DNA of 60,785 bases, counting the filler, from Porpidia crustulata (lineage: Eukaryota), in NCBI GenBank assembly GCA_964255105.1. It is 4 parts of 4 records of this genome, joined end to end, with 100 filler letters (N's around TTAATTAATTAA, not from the genome) between each part and the next. Parts side by side here need not be neighbours in the genome. Positions count along the whole stretch, not along the records: positions 45,684 to 60,785 come from CAXUWE010000338.1; 3 more parts are not named here. One strand, given 5' to 3'. Shown here piece by piece: positions 48,741 through 60,785 of the stretch (position 1 is the first letter of the stretch; the number at the start of each line of letters is the position of its first letter). A program made the position numbers and the translations under genes. Below the pieces are notes generated by a model that saw nothing but the letters and a program-made list of their open reading frames with translations, was not told the origin of the DNA and did no database searches.

Positions 48741-50823
48741 TTATATCGAGGTAATTCGTCCCGTCGTCCGTCCTCGAGGCCGTAATTTGATCACGGTCTC
48801 CAATTCGCGAAGCATGTGCGTACTAGTGTTTGCTTTATCCCTCGTGATTGCTTGCCGCACCCGATCCTCTTTCATCTTTGTAAGTCTTTCTTCTCTTGTC
48901 AAAGTACTCCTTTGCCGTGGAAGAGCTATTGCTTCGAAGACTTCTTCGCCCGAGCTGCTTGTTGCATCACTTGACAAAGATTGATTCGACCTCGAGTGTC
49001 CGTGCAGTGCCGCCATGGCATCGGTTGGGCTTCCACTCACGGCAGTCAACCCTCCAAGACTCAGAGTCGGAGACGGTGGCATTAGACTACCTCCGAACGA
49101 TGAGGAAATACGCTTGACGTTTCTGGTAATATTCGTCGCCAGCGCCGCCCGTCCGTCCTCCCATTCTTGCGTTAGGTCTTTTAGATCGGCTCCAATCGAG
49201 TCGTACTGGGCCATAAGATTACTTCCAAATTGTGTTATATCATCAGAATGCTTTAGAGCTTTGTCGGATTCCTCGCGAAGGAGGTGCATTTTGGCTTGAA
49301 GTCCCCGTATTCCCTCAGAGAGTGAACTCAGCTTTCTCATCTGGCTTCTCATGTTCTCTCTACCGGGTGTCAATGGCGCCTTTGGAGTTGGAGGCACTGG
49401 AAAAGCTAGCGGTGCTGTATTAGCACTTGCGATGCAATTAGAATCACCAAACTCACCCTCTTCCTCGCCCAGTACACCCTCAATTTCGCGAGTCATCCTC
49501 CTAGATTCGACCGATACGCAAGCCATGATTTCCGTCGCTGCTGCCCACCTTACGAAATCCGATCTGCCCCCATCCGCGTCAAGAGCTAAAAGACTGCAAA
49601 GGAATAGCTTTCTAACAACATGGAGATTCTGCAGCTGGTACCTTAGAGCTTTGAGAGTATCGGCTTCCTCCATCTCAACCTTGTCAGCGCTTGCAATCTC
49701 CGCTGCAAGCTCCATATCGGTCCGGCTAATCTCGTAGATATCATAATATTTCTCTAGATCAACCTCCACTGCAAGTGGTTTGGTGATGATATACGCTTGG
49801 TAACATTCTTTCAGCATAGGCCCAAGTGCCCTGTTGAGAGTACGGCGTAGACGTTCGCATCTTCTTGTCTGACTTTGCTCCTCAAAACGTGATACAGGGG
49901 GAAGAGGGCTGCTTCTATTTCAAAGTCAGGAGTGCAACCCGCTTTCCTGGCAGAACACATTCCACTTACATTCTGTAACCTCGAGACACTAACTCAACTT
50001 CCTGTATCCAAGTTATGGCGGCAGCTGCAGCAGCGTCGAAAGATTGAGCATTAAATGCCATAGCAGAAGCCGTCTCAATAACTTGGCTGCGGACATACTG
50101 TAGCCATTGCCGACGTAACAAAGCGTAAAGTGCCACCGATGTAAGTATTGCAATTGACGAAATCAAGAATATTCCCCATCCGCTCAATTGTGCCACCCCT
50201 ACGTTCCGAATCCAGTGAACAGACCAAGCAAGTAAAAATGCCGCTCCGCCCGTCGTACACAGGCCCACACAGCCAATTGCCATACCTTGGTCGGGTAGCA
50301 CTTGTGGCTCTCCACTGTTGATTGGAGTCGGAGGGCTTTGGTATCGGTAATTACTGGGATTGAAGTGCTCACTGAGAAGTTGTGATGCCACGATGATATA
50401 TCGAAATTGCTCAAGGAAATGTGCATTCTCGGTCCTGCCGAGTCTAGAATGGAGGGCGCTCTGTTGATACACGTTATGTGAGCAAGAAGTTGCTGCGATT
50501 GAACTGTAGCAACTCACAGAAGAAGATTCCTGGAGGCGGGCCACGGTGCCCTTGCAGCGTTGCCCCTCCAGATTGAGAAGCGGAGGTGGTTTCCTCCGAA
50601 ATTTAGAGGGTCCAACGGGTCGCCCCTGCGGGGCAAAAGAGGTTGTTGTAGGTGATATAGGTTCTACAATTGTCTTTGTTTCAGGCCATCCATTTTCGAC
50701 ATCGGCTTCACCTTCGCCTTTTTCGAAATTAGCATCTGCTCGGCAGAGATGGAATGACAGTGAGTGGCATTACCTTCAAGGTACATTGCGAGCGGGGAGT
50801 CTTGAAATATGACGGATTCCATG
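48741..50823 (-). CDS. Vezatin-domain (myosin-binding, VezA-like) membrane protein
   Basis: MESVIFQDSPLAMYLEG, HSRLGR.EN..FLEQFRYIIVASQLL, two TM helices, QEVELVSRGYR, coiled-coil C-terminus. Confidence 0.82.
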
Positions 50824-52135
50824 GTGTCTCCGATGGCGCGAGATGCAACATACTCTCTGTAGGATGAGCGCGCAGGCAGGATGTCAACGCGCAGGAGCGC
50901 AATCAAGGCATTTTCTTTCTATTTACTCGAGCTCTGCTGTGCAATGGTACCTTGTCACCTTGTGCAGTGATGCTGGAAAATCAAGTTGGCTGGACCCCAT
51001 CGGGACATGATAGTCTAGTTGTTGATTGGTTGTTCACTTGATCACTCCAGGCATTCTAGACGCGTTCACCCGATCGGGACGCTATGACGAATATCTCATT
51101 TCACAATCATATTTAATTATTACTACACCAACACACCAGCTGTTCACAATTACCGAAATACACAGGAAACACTCGATTCAATAGTGCCATTACGAGGCAA
51201 GTTGAAGAGTCGCCGTTCGGATTTACGCATCTGTGCAATGCCTCTTAGACAGTTTCAGTCGCCTGTGGAGTTTTATGTGCTACCAACATGTTTCGCAGAA
51301 GAAACAGTGTCCATGTCAAGCGAATGAGCCGCAAGCAAGTACTCTAGTGCTGGTGCTCTTGATGTTCAGTATCGAGAAAAACTTCGCCACAAATTGGTCT
51401 CATGGTGGCTTGGAGCCTCATATTGGCACAGTTCCTTGCTTTTCGTCACTGCAGATTTCATTTGGTACAAAAACAGTATGCGTTGTTCGAAGTGATGCAT
51501 GCAGTCAACGAGCGCCGCGCATATTAAGTGAGAGAACGATTCGGAAATTCTTCCTCTCCACATTTGCCTCGGTATTTCACGTGAATCTGTCCCGTCACAA
51601 AGGTCTAGAGATACTCACCCCGGCTCTGCCTTGTCCATAAACTCGTAATAGAAGTCTCCAGAGGAATCGCCATTGATTTTGTCCATCGTTGGGCTTCCCA
51701 CCGGTGCCATTTCATCAGTCTTCGTGCCCTATCAAAGTATCATACGTCTCAGTATTCTTAGCATTCATATCTTTTGAGGTATATTTCAAACCTGACCACA
51801 GCCCTTTTCTCCCTAGCTATTAGAACCTGGATTTATAACGTGCGAAGAGGCCGCCTTGCCTACTCCTAGTACAATGTACGGCAAAAAGGGCCTCTGCTGG
51901 CACAAATTCTTAGTGTAAATGAAAATGTAACATGTTCTGGTATCTTAAGTAGCGGCGAAAAGACGCACAGCTCCCTGAGCCGCAGAAAATGCGTTTGTGA
52001 CGATAATTGCAAGTTAGTGTTGGAATATCTAAAGGCCCACAGTCGACGTTGTGGCTTTGACGGGTTTCGTTAATCCTTCAGCACCTTGGTCATTAGAGCT
52101 ATGCCTCGTCCAAACATGCTTGGTCGAGACGATGA

Positions 52136-54024
52136 TTACACGAAAGTCGGCAACTCTGGACAGGCACTTAGAGCAGCTCCGTACCTGAGGAATGGCTCGG
52201 CAGGTTTTCCAAGGACGGATGAATAAGTTTCGAGATCGTCCTGTTTCCACATAGCCAGAATCATATTCCTCAGCCACACTAGGTTTCCAGCTTTTCTAAA
52301 TTTCTCCGATGACTCGAGGACCTTTAGTATTGACGTTCTCTCAAAAGACTCCCTAACCTCGCAGGCAATAATGAACATAGGCCACGGAGCTGAACAGACT
52401 TCCAGATCTTCTAGAATTATTAGTGCGTTCTGGAGAAGCGCCCTGACTTCACTAGAGTCCTGTGATATCCTTCTGACAGCTCGTTGGAAATATATCAGAC
52501 TGGCAAGACGATAGAGTTCCGCAGTCTTGATAATGGCGTTTTCTTGACTTAGGTGACTTAGTCTTCCGTGCGGTACAAAGAGCTGAGGAAGACTACGAAG
52601 TCTTTGCTCCAGGTGTTTCGAGACCTGTGCAAAATCAAAGGATGATTTCAGGGATTCAGGGGGTAAGACGAGCTCGTTGATAGTAGAGATGATGTCCATA
52701 AGCTCCATTGAGCACCCTAAAGGGCCAACAATCTAACGGTGGGATAATTGAATGAGCCCAAGACTAGAGAAATGTCGAGGAGGTCAAACGCAAAGTTGGC
52801 ATATCTGAGACTTACATGCATTCGTGTTGGGGAGTCATCCACTTTCGAGTAAAGGTACGGATCTATCTCGCAGCCTTGTTGTCCCAGACTCTTTCGAACC
52901 CAGAAATGCAAACTGAATCGAGAGAGAGCATCATGATGGAACACCCAGTCCAGTAAGAAACCGTATTCGCCATCGTAATTGCGTGATCCACGATATATTG
53001 ACTTGGCCAGCTGTTTAGCTCCACAAAAATGTATCGTCCAGTTCGATCTAGAAGCATCGAAGATCTTCGTGCACACATTAGTGGAATGATGACCACTCGT
53101 TCTCGAAATGGCTTCTCTTTGAAACAAAGGCCTTCATCAAGAAACGAATAACGCAAACGATACATAGAGACATACCTCATAACTCGCAAGAAGCATGATC
53201 GCAGCAAGTTGACTGATTCGATCATGGAATCCCGTCGACACCTGCATGGACCTAGAGAGAGCTTCGGTTGCAGCGAAGCTATATAGAAGGCCGGCACCAC
53301 TACCAAAAAGATGATACGCGGAAATTGCAAGGATCCCTTGGAGCACTGCTTCTGAAGCCAGAGAGGAACCAGAAAGAGCCATTTTGATCAGGAGGTGGCG
53401 AAACCCATTCATGTCGTCGTCAATTGTGGTCACCATTCGAGAAAACACACCCTCATCTGTGATCACAGACATCAGCTAATACAGGCCATGAGCTTTGCCA
53501 ATTCATACAATATGACACTAGCATCTGCTGTTCATTTTGCAAAGACCCCAGGTTTGTACTCAAAGGTCTCGCAATAGTTTGGTGGCGAGGGGCCCACGAG
53601 TTGATGTATCGCTCTATCATGGGGGTTAGACAGCTCGTGAACATCGGAAAATTAGTGGAGGCGTGCACGGTAACTTCCACTATGACCGAGCTCCTCATGA
53701 AGATTCATATCCCACGTCGTTGTATTGAGGAACCAGAGGCGTCTTGCGCTCACAATAGCAGATCTGTCCTTGTACCGGTCAGATGCTTGATTTGACACTT
53801 TAGCCCTTCGGCGATCATGATCTCTGGGCCACGAAAGCCGAATCCCATAGCCCGAACATTTCCTCGCTGTTTTCACGCAATGCCAGCAGGATGGGAGTCC
53901 TTGATCGCAGAGAATCTTCCGATCTGGGCAAATCTCAGTACCGAACCCAATCTATGGACTGTCGTAAGGATTCTTAGATACCCTTGCATGTCCAGCAGCC
54001 TCGACCCTTTTTAAGATTGCCCAT
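52136..54024 (-). CDS. Zn(II)2Cys6 transcription factor with fungal-specific TF domain
   Basis: Spliced cluster CWTCKDRKILCDQGLPSCWHCVKTARKCSGY; C-terminal AELYRLASLIY and WPMFIIACE; several introns. Confidence 0.88.
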
Positions 54025-54582
54025 GTCTTGGAAAGAGTTACGAGTAGAAAGCACCAGAGTAGAAGAAGCCAGAAAGGGAGAGAAACGATGTCTTCAATCG
54101 GCAAAAGTCAACATAATACTTTAAGAGTATGAAGCCTGACCAGTCAATAATTGTAGGTAGGTCTTTGCCATCGTCTGACTGCGAAGGCTTTGAGACACCG
54201 GCAACTTCAGAGTTGACTGGCTGACAAAGGCGAGCACTTTCGGTTTGTGGGTAGGTTATCCTATATTGATTATTCATGCTCTGAACAAACGATACTACGG
54301 ATGACTGTATAGGATTTAAATAAAAAGCAACATCAAGAACGTGTATATTCAGTAGCCACAGCATAAGCACGCATGGCATTCCTGGACATCGCCGAAGCAG
54401 CCACGTCGTAAGCTACCTTAGTTGAACAGTCGAAAGGAGAGTTTCATGATGAAAACATAAATGACACCGTTGACACCTAGCGCCCGCGATCTGCGCTGGG
54501 TAGATACCTCGGTTCCCCACATTGCACTCTTCCAATCCTTATGACCAGGCAATCTTGGTCGACGTCTCCCCCATAGCACAAC

Positions 54583-55870
54583 ATGGCAGGTCCAGTACGG
54601 CAAGCGATTGATATTGCGTCACTGTCAAGCTATATAGAGAATGTTGTACCGGAGATCAAATTACCAGTCACAGTAAAGCAGGTATTAATCTGCCAATAGC
54701 CCCTCCTGTGCCACCAGAAGACTTATCTCCAAACAGTTCGGCTTCGGGCAGTCGAATCCAACTTATCAGCTCACCGCAGCCGATCATAGGAGATATGTCG
54801 TACGCAAGAAGCCTCCAGGGAAGCTTCTCTCCAAGACAGCCCACCAAGTCGAACGAGAGTATCGGATCATTCATGCCCTAGAGAAAACAGATGTTCCAGT
54901 CCCAAAGGCCTACTGCTTATGCGAGGACCCGGGTGTGGTAGGAACTCCTTTCTATATCATGGAATTCCTCGACGGGAGGATTTTCGAAGATGCGTCGTTC
55001 CCAGAAGTTCCAGCGCATACACGATACGAAATGTGAGCACCTTTCTTCAAGGCGGCCAGAAAGCTCTCATAAATCTCAGGTGGCATGATGCTATTCGAAC
55101 TCTCGCCAAGCTTCATCGCATTGATCCCGGTTCCGTTGGTCTTGGGGATTTCGGAGGGTCGTCTGGATTCTACAATCGGCAAATCAAGACCTTTAGCGCG
55201 ATCTCTGCATCGCAGGCCCAAGCCGTCGACGTCGAGACTAAAAAACCGGTCGGTAACATCCCACACTTCGATGAGGTTGTCGCATTCTTTCGGGACCCAA
55301 CAACGCAGCCAATCGATCGCGGGACCTTGGTCCATGGCGACTATAAAATCGACAACCTGGTCTATCATAAGACTGAACCAAAAGTAATCGGGATTCTTGA
55401 GTACGTACCTTTTCCTATCTCTGTTCATTGCTCGAGTAATCGCTCTATCGATGTTGGTTGACCCACCACCCAGCTGGGAGATGTCTACCGTTGGTCACCC
55501 ACTCTCGGATCTCTCAAACTTACTTACTCCTTATACTTTTGCCGTTGATCCACCTAACTCATCGCTTTCGTCTCGTACTGTCAATGCTTTCTCCACTTCC
55601 ACGTCGACATCTGGGCTTCCATCACGCTCCCAATGCATGGCTTGGTATGCCGAGATTGCAGGATGGGACCCTAGTCCCGAGAGAGGATGGGGCGATGCAT
55701 TTGGTGTGTTCCGCAATAGTGTCATAATGCAGGGCATCGCGGCAAGATATGCGCTGAGAAATGCAAGTAGTGAAAAGGCAAAGGAGAATGGAATGTTGAT
55801 GGGGCCATTTGGAGAATTCGTCTGGGGCCTAGTGGCTAGACTGAAGCACATAGATAAAGCAAAGCTTTGA
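54583..55870 (+). CDS. APH-family phosphotransferase (stand-alone ACAD10/11-type kinase domain) with PTS1 -AKL
   Basis: [58 protein letters not shown]; ends KAKL*. Confidence 0.92.
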
Positions 55871-58297
55871 AACAACTAAGATTTTAGAAGTGACAGGTTA
55901 AATGAGTCGAGCAAGAGCCACCTCCACTTACCTCCTCCCACCTCCTACCCGGGTCAAGCCGGTTTGAGTGATTATTAGCGAGACAACGAAGCCGCAGTGC
56001 TTCCGCCCTTTGTGATTCAGCAGCCATGTAATCCGTCAATCCTCATGGATTCCACACGATAACCATTCTACCCAACCGATCCTATGCATAAGTCCCTCGC
56101 AAAAGTACAATGTACATCTCTCAGGTAACCAGTATTATTCGTAAACAATGAAGCGACTAAGCAACTCGAGCCGTCGGACTTAGGAACTAGCTGCAACATC
56201 GAAGACTGACGACAATGCTTGGAATTTTTGATAGGCTGTCAGCATTTCTAATCATCGCCATGGGAATACGTAGCCATGCAGTATGAGGAAACAACGTGTA
56301 GTGCCAACCACGACGGAAGGCCTGGAAGGCTGGAAGAAGCAAGAGAAAGGCTTTCGAACAACAAACTAGACTCCACAACTCCGGATGATCCCTGGAGAGT
56401 CACCTGATGACTTGCTGCTCGAGCTGCTCCATTTTGCGGTTGCCTCATTAAAACGCTGTCAAATCCGGGCAGCAATGCCGCCCGTGGTATCTAAGCGAGG
56501 GAGCAAGTAGCAGAGCACAAGCAACTTGAGGGACTCGGGGCATGCGACTAAGGTCGTATTCCTTTGAAGTAGTCCAAAGCATGCCAGGCATGGCGTCGTT
56601 GAGCCGCAGATTTTAGTGAGTTGCGAGCAGCTTTTAGTGCGTTGGAAGCAACGAGTCGGATGCGACGAAAGGCCGTTGGGGGGCAGAGGATTGGTGACAC
56701 CGAGAAGCCAACAACGACACAGCACAAGGGTGGGGGCGCCCTCCAGCAGAGTCGACTGCCATGCCCGTTCTAACTTTTGTTTCTACTCGTTCCACATGGG
56801 GACCAAGAACCTTAAGAAGGACTCCAACCAAACACACTGGGCGCTGAATGATACGAGGCTCTACCAGTCACCCAGATATCATCGGGATTTTCTGTTGTCC
56901 GTGGACCGTTGCACAGATACACCCACACGCCTCCGCACACACTCACTCACACACCCTTGGCAGTATGGCTAGCTGAGATCGTGATCACGCTCACGGTAGC
57001 TCAGCAGATTCGTCGGTGTACTCTACTGGAGCCTCGATGTATCGCGTATTCGCCTTAGTGTCGGGGGGTATATCTTGGCAGCTGGCAAGACAATTCTGAT
57101 TTTGTTATTTATCTATTCCGTAAGCAGGTACCCATGTAGACGTGATGAATTATTTTTCCAGAGCGGCGCCTTCACTCCACGTTGCATATACTCGTACTTA
57201 GTCGTATGTACTCGTAAATCAGGTATTATATCGTCAATGTATCGTTTGCTAGGGGTCGAAGTACCTTCGTAGTAGGATTTCCGTGCTCCAGTGAGCCTTC
57301 AGCCGCAAAGCGTCCAATGAGCTTTAGCATCAGCCCCCAATCAGCTAAGCAACACCAGAAGTACCTACCTGCCTACCTACGGAATACCTACTAGACTACT
57401 TGGGTAGGTAGAGCAAGCCAACCAAAGGCAGCAGCAGCAACAGTACAGATTGTACAGTAGCAGCACTCAAGGGATCCCCAATAATATTAATTCCACAGGT
57501 AAAGTAATCAATCGTTGATGAAATACTCTACTGCGCCTTCTCTCTATGCACCACATGCAACCAAAACATTACTTTACTTTACCACACCTATTACTTACCT
57601 TGCTGCTACGTAGGTACCCACAGCAAGTAGCCTACCGATATCGTATCGCTGACACTCTGGGTCTCCATCGCCGAAGACCTCCTCCTACGCGCCTCAAATC
57701 ATCAATTCTGTCGTGTGTGTCGAATCCATTTTCTTCCCGGTCATTCGAACACCCTACAACTCAATCCGGATTGCGATCTTCAACCGGCCGAATAGCCTTC
57801 TAAGCCTCGTTCTGAGGCTCCGGCTTAGCTCCAGCTGGGTAGCTGTCGCGTACCACCGCAAATCCCCAATCACCTTTGTCCTCGTAAGTACTTTCTTGTT
57901 CAATGGATAGAATAGTGCTGTCTGAGTGTGACGCATTCGCCAAATGCGCCAATCTATCTTTTATTGGGCGATCGAGTATTTCACTGTGCGCCATGCTTTC
58001 ATTGGACTTGAGATACGGAAGGATCTATCCGGTTTGAGTCGAATGGGGATGATTTTCTTTTGGCTGTATCAAGCATCACATTGTATTGTCGATCTTTGTC
58101 CATCTTTCCTGCATTTTGAAGTCTTTCCCTATATATATTCTTATGAAAGATAGCCCGTCTCTGTATTACCCGAGAGCATCGCCGTCTCGTCTCAATCTAC
58201 TTCCTTGTGTGTGTGCCTCTACCTTGTACTCTCCATTGGCTCATTCAGGACAATTGATGTCTTCCAATCACTCCGTTGATTCTCAGTGTAGGTATTC

Positions 58298-60220
58298 ATG
58301 TCAGATTCTAACGCTGCGAGTAAGCACAGATTGGCAGTGGTTCTGTCATATCACAAGACTCATCCACATGCTTGCTTCTTCCTGCAATTGAGATTCTTCG
58401 AGTCCGTTGCATCCGTTTTGGGGCAGGGAGGGACTGTGTCCCCTCTGCACCAACAACCACGAAAGTGGCGGACAATTACGGCTCGGATGACGACCGATTA
58501 AATCATACGCCTCCACTACTACCTAGAATCGTGAATTTAAAACCGTCACCCTCGCCAGAATATCTACCTCAGCGAGCGCATTCATTGACACCCGAACGTT
58601 CGAGTAGGTCAAGACATAAAGGTCGCCGCGCCCACACGCAAGCGTCGCAAGGAGACGAAGTACTTATTAATTTTATGGGAGACCTGAACACTCCAGACAT
58701 AGCAAGAAGTGCAGGCCAGGAGCCCTTAAACTCGGCTCCTAACTCGGAGGCTGATGAGGAAGTGATGCAGGTAGATGATGAGAGACCTCAGATTTACTCC
58801 CTCATGCAGGCTGCTCGAGATGGGCTGGATGCTGTAGATGGCAACGATGGGTCGGCACAGGACTCGCGCGGTAACTTGAAGCCAGATTTTACGCGACGAG
58901 TGCGCCCAACAATACAGGTTCCTCTTTCCAAAGAATCGAGTCTGTCGGACGATGGCAGGCTGAAAGGCGAAAGCCCATCCACGCTCCACCGGGCGCCCTC
59001 GGATCCCCAATCGACGATTGGAAGTACCGTTGGACTAAGTGGTGTAAGAGCTGGCCAAAATGATTCAAACCCTTCGACTTCCGGCAGACGCCATAGTTCC
59101 TCCGCTCATAGTGGCCCTTTCCAATACTTGAGATCGCCAGATCTACGGAAATTTGCAATTCCGGCCTCTGAAGGCTCGCCAAAAGAAACGCTGCCTGCCA
59201 TGAAGGATCCTTCGTCATCACTGTCTTCCAAATCACCGAATAGCCAGCAAAGCTTACCATCTTTGCGCGCAATCAATTTAGCGCCTCTCAACGAAGACAT
59301 TCGGGTAAATAATCTCAACCACCGGCAATCATTCCCACTGGCGAACGGTCCCATGACTTCTCCTCCCATGAGCTCAATAGCGTCCAAAATGAGTCCATAT
59401 ACCACCCGACTGACCCCCCTGAATGGTCATTTCCCACCTTCTTTCTCTTCGAGCCATCCTTCGCCTGTCAGCACCTTTGGCGACTCTCCGCGCGAACCAT
59501 ACCGACTTGCGCAAGATCCCACAAGCATGTCCCCTCCCGGTAAACCCAGTCAACCACAGAACCCGAACGGGCGAACACCCCAAAGTGAGGAGAGTGCACC
59601 TTTATCGGCAGAAAGCTATACAAGCACTGGAACCTTCAGCAGCGGGGCTTCACCTAATGGTGATAAGATCGACGGAAGCCAACGAATCTTGCCGCCGCTG
59701 GGTGGTGGTCCGTTGATAACTGGGATATTCAAATGTGATCATCCTGGGTGCACCACACCTCCATTCCAAACGCAATACTTATTAAAGTGAGTTTCAACAT
59801 TCTCGGGCCATGACCGGTGCCCGACTGATTCCCATCATAGCTCTCACGCAAATGTGCATTCATCAATAAGATCACACTATTGCCCTGTCAAGGACTGCAA
59901 CCGATCAGAAGGCGGGAAGGGCTTCAAGCGGAAGAACGAGATGATACGCCACGGGCTAGTACACGCATCCCCGGGGTATATTTGTCCGTTTTGTCCAGAA
60001 CGAGAGCACAAATACCCTCGGCCTGATAATTTACAAAGGTGAGATTATTCTGGTCAATCTTCAATAGCTTTCAGAGCTTCCAACCTTGTTGACGTCAAAT
60101 TTCAGACACGTCCGCGTCAACCACCCAGACAGAAACACAAACGATCCACAGTTACGTGAAGTGCTTGCCCAAAGATCCGAAGGTGGCAGTCGAGGCCGAC
60201 GGAAACGGCTGGGAGGATGA
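58298..60220 (+). CDS. C2H2 zinc-finger transcription factor (three C-terminal fingers); start uncertain
   Basis: Long Ser/Pro-rich ORF, then FKCDHPGC..PFQTQYLL.SHANVH, HYCPVKDC..FKRKNEMIRH and YICPFCPEREHKYPRPDNLQRH. ATG 58298 followed by a GTAAGC donor is the tentative first exon. Confidence 0.85.
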
Positions 60221-60785
60221 AAAAGGGGCCTTATTTTCTCTTTAGCAACAACTTCGTGTCTCTTTCATATACAAAGGTATATGCAGTATCCAAGCCAAAC
60301 TACTCGCATCATTGCGCCAGGATTCGCAGTGGTGTTCATCGAGGAGTATTACCTCGCAGGATTGTTACCTCGCAGCTGGCTTTTCTGCGAGCTTGACGAG
60401 AGACGAGAGGAAAATATACCCCCGAATAGGAAGCAGGGTCCGCATATACGGGGCGGAGGTCGTCGCAAACGGAGAAAGACGACTCTTCCGCTTCCATGCG
60501 CTGTGTTTCGAGGTCGCTCGTTCATGGAAAGGAGGAATTTTTGATAAATGCGGTATATTTCTGACGAAACGACATGAGCTTACGAATTTGCACACGAGAG
60601 GCTTTGACAGCCAGATTCTCGACCTCGGCATCGGCAGTCTGATGCGGAAAGGGATCAAGGTTGGGGGGGAAGGGAAAGGGTATAAGGGGATTTGCTTTTC
60701 TTGCTGATCTTTGCTGGGTTCCTACTCAGCAGAGCCACGTCCTTCGCTCTAGCTTGTGAAACCCACCAATATTGCCGGATGGAAC

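Noticed and set aside
20799..55870. Apparent peroxisomal pathway (PTS2 ligase, FAH -PKL, kinase -AKL)
   Set aside because: The genes are on three unlinked contigs; co-occurrence results from concatenation.
56988..57070. tRNA-like GGTAGCTCAG
   Set aside because: No D-loop GG, no GTTC T-loop and no acceptor stem.
1..60785. CRISPR arrays, prophage, rRNA, transposase or reverse transcriptase ORFs, PKS/NRPS cluster
   Set aside because: No repeat-spacer arrays or diagnostic motifs seen.

Overview
Eukaryotic DNA from a filamentous ascomycete (Pezizomycotina-type genes with short GT-AG introns and CTRAC branch points). This is not one locus. It is four contigs of 15137, 15126, 15120 and 15102 bp, in descending size order, joined by identical artificial 100-bp spacers (N44-TTAATTAATTAA-N44), so adjacency across the spacers means nothing. 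Contig 1: a secreted Fet3-like multicopper oxidase, an epoxide hydrolase and a very large secreted beta-propeller/Ig/6xWSC protein. Contig 2: a divergent NoxR/p67phox-like TPR protein, GRR1, a PTS2 acyl-CoA synthetase, RPL16, a methyltransferase-like gene bracketed by two inverted MITE copies, the PFF1 M28 peptidase and a BAG-family co-chaperone. Contig 3: a second MITE-like element, a DnaJ protein, a lipase, an FAH-family hydrolase, PRE4, an HCNGP-like gene, PRE7, PNO1, MDM31, a methyltransferase and LSM6. Contig 4: pyridoxal kinase, PCNA, a vezatin-like gene, a Zn2Cys6 factor, a peroxisomal APH-family kinase and a C2H2 factor. I found no convincing new multi-gene system. The best leads are the inverted MITE pair around a host gene, a probable GUG-initiated membrane-anchored BAG isoform, the divergent NoxR paralogue and an anchorless Fet3-type oxidase. 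Gene models were spliced by eye and product calls rest on motif recognition; no database searches were run.
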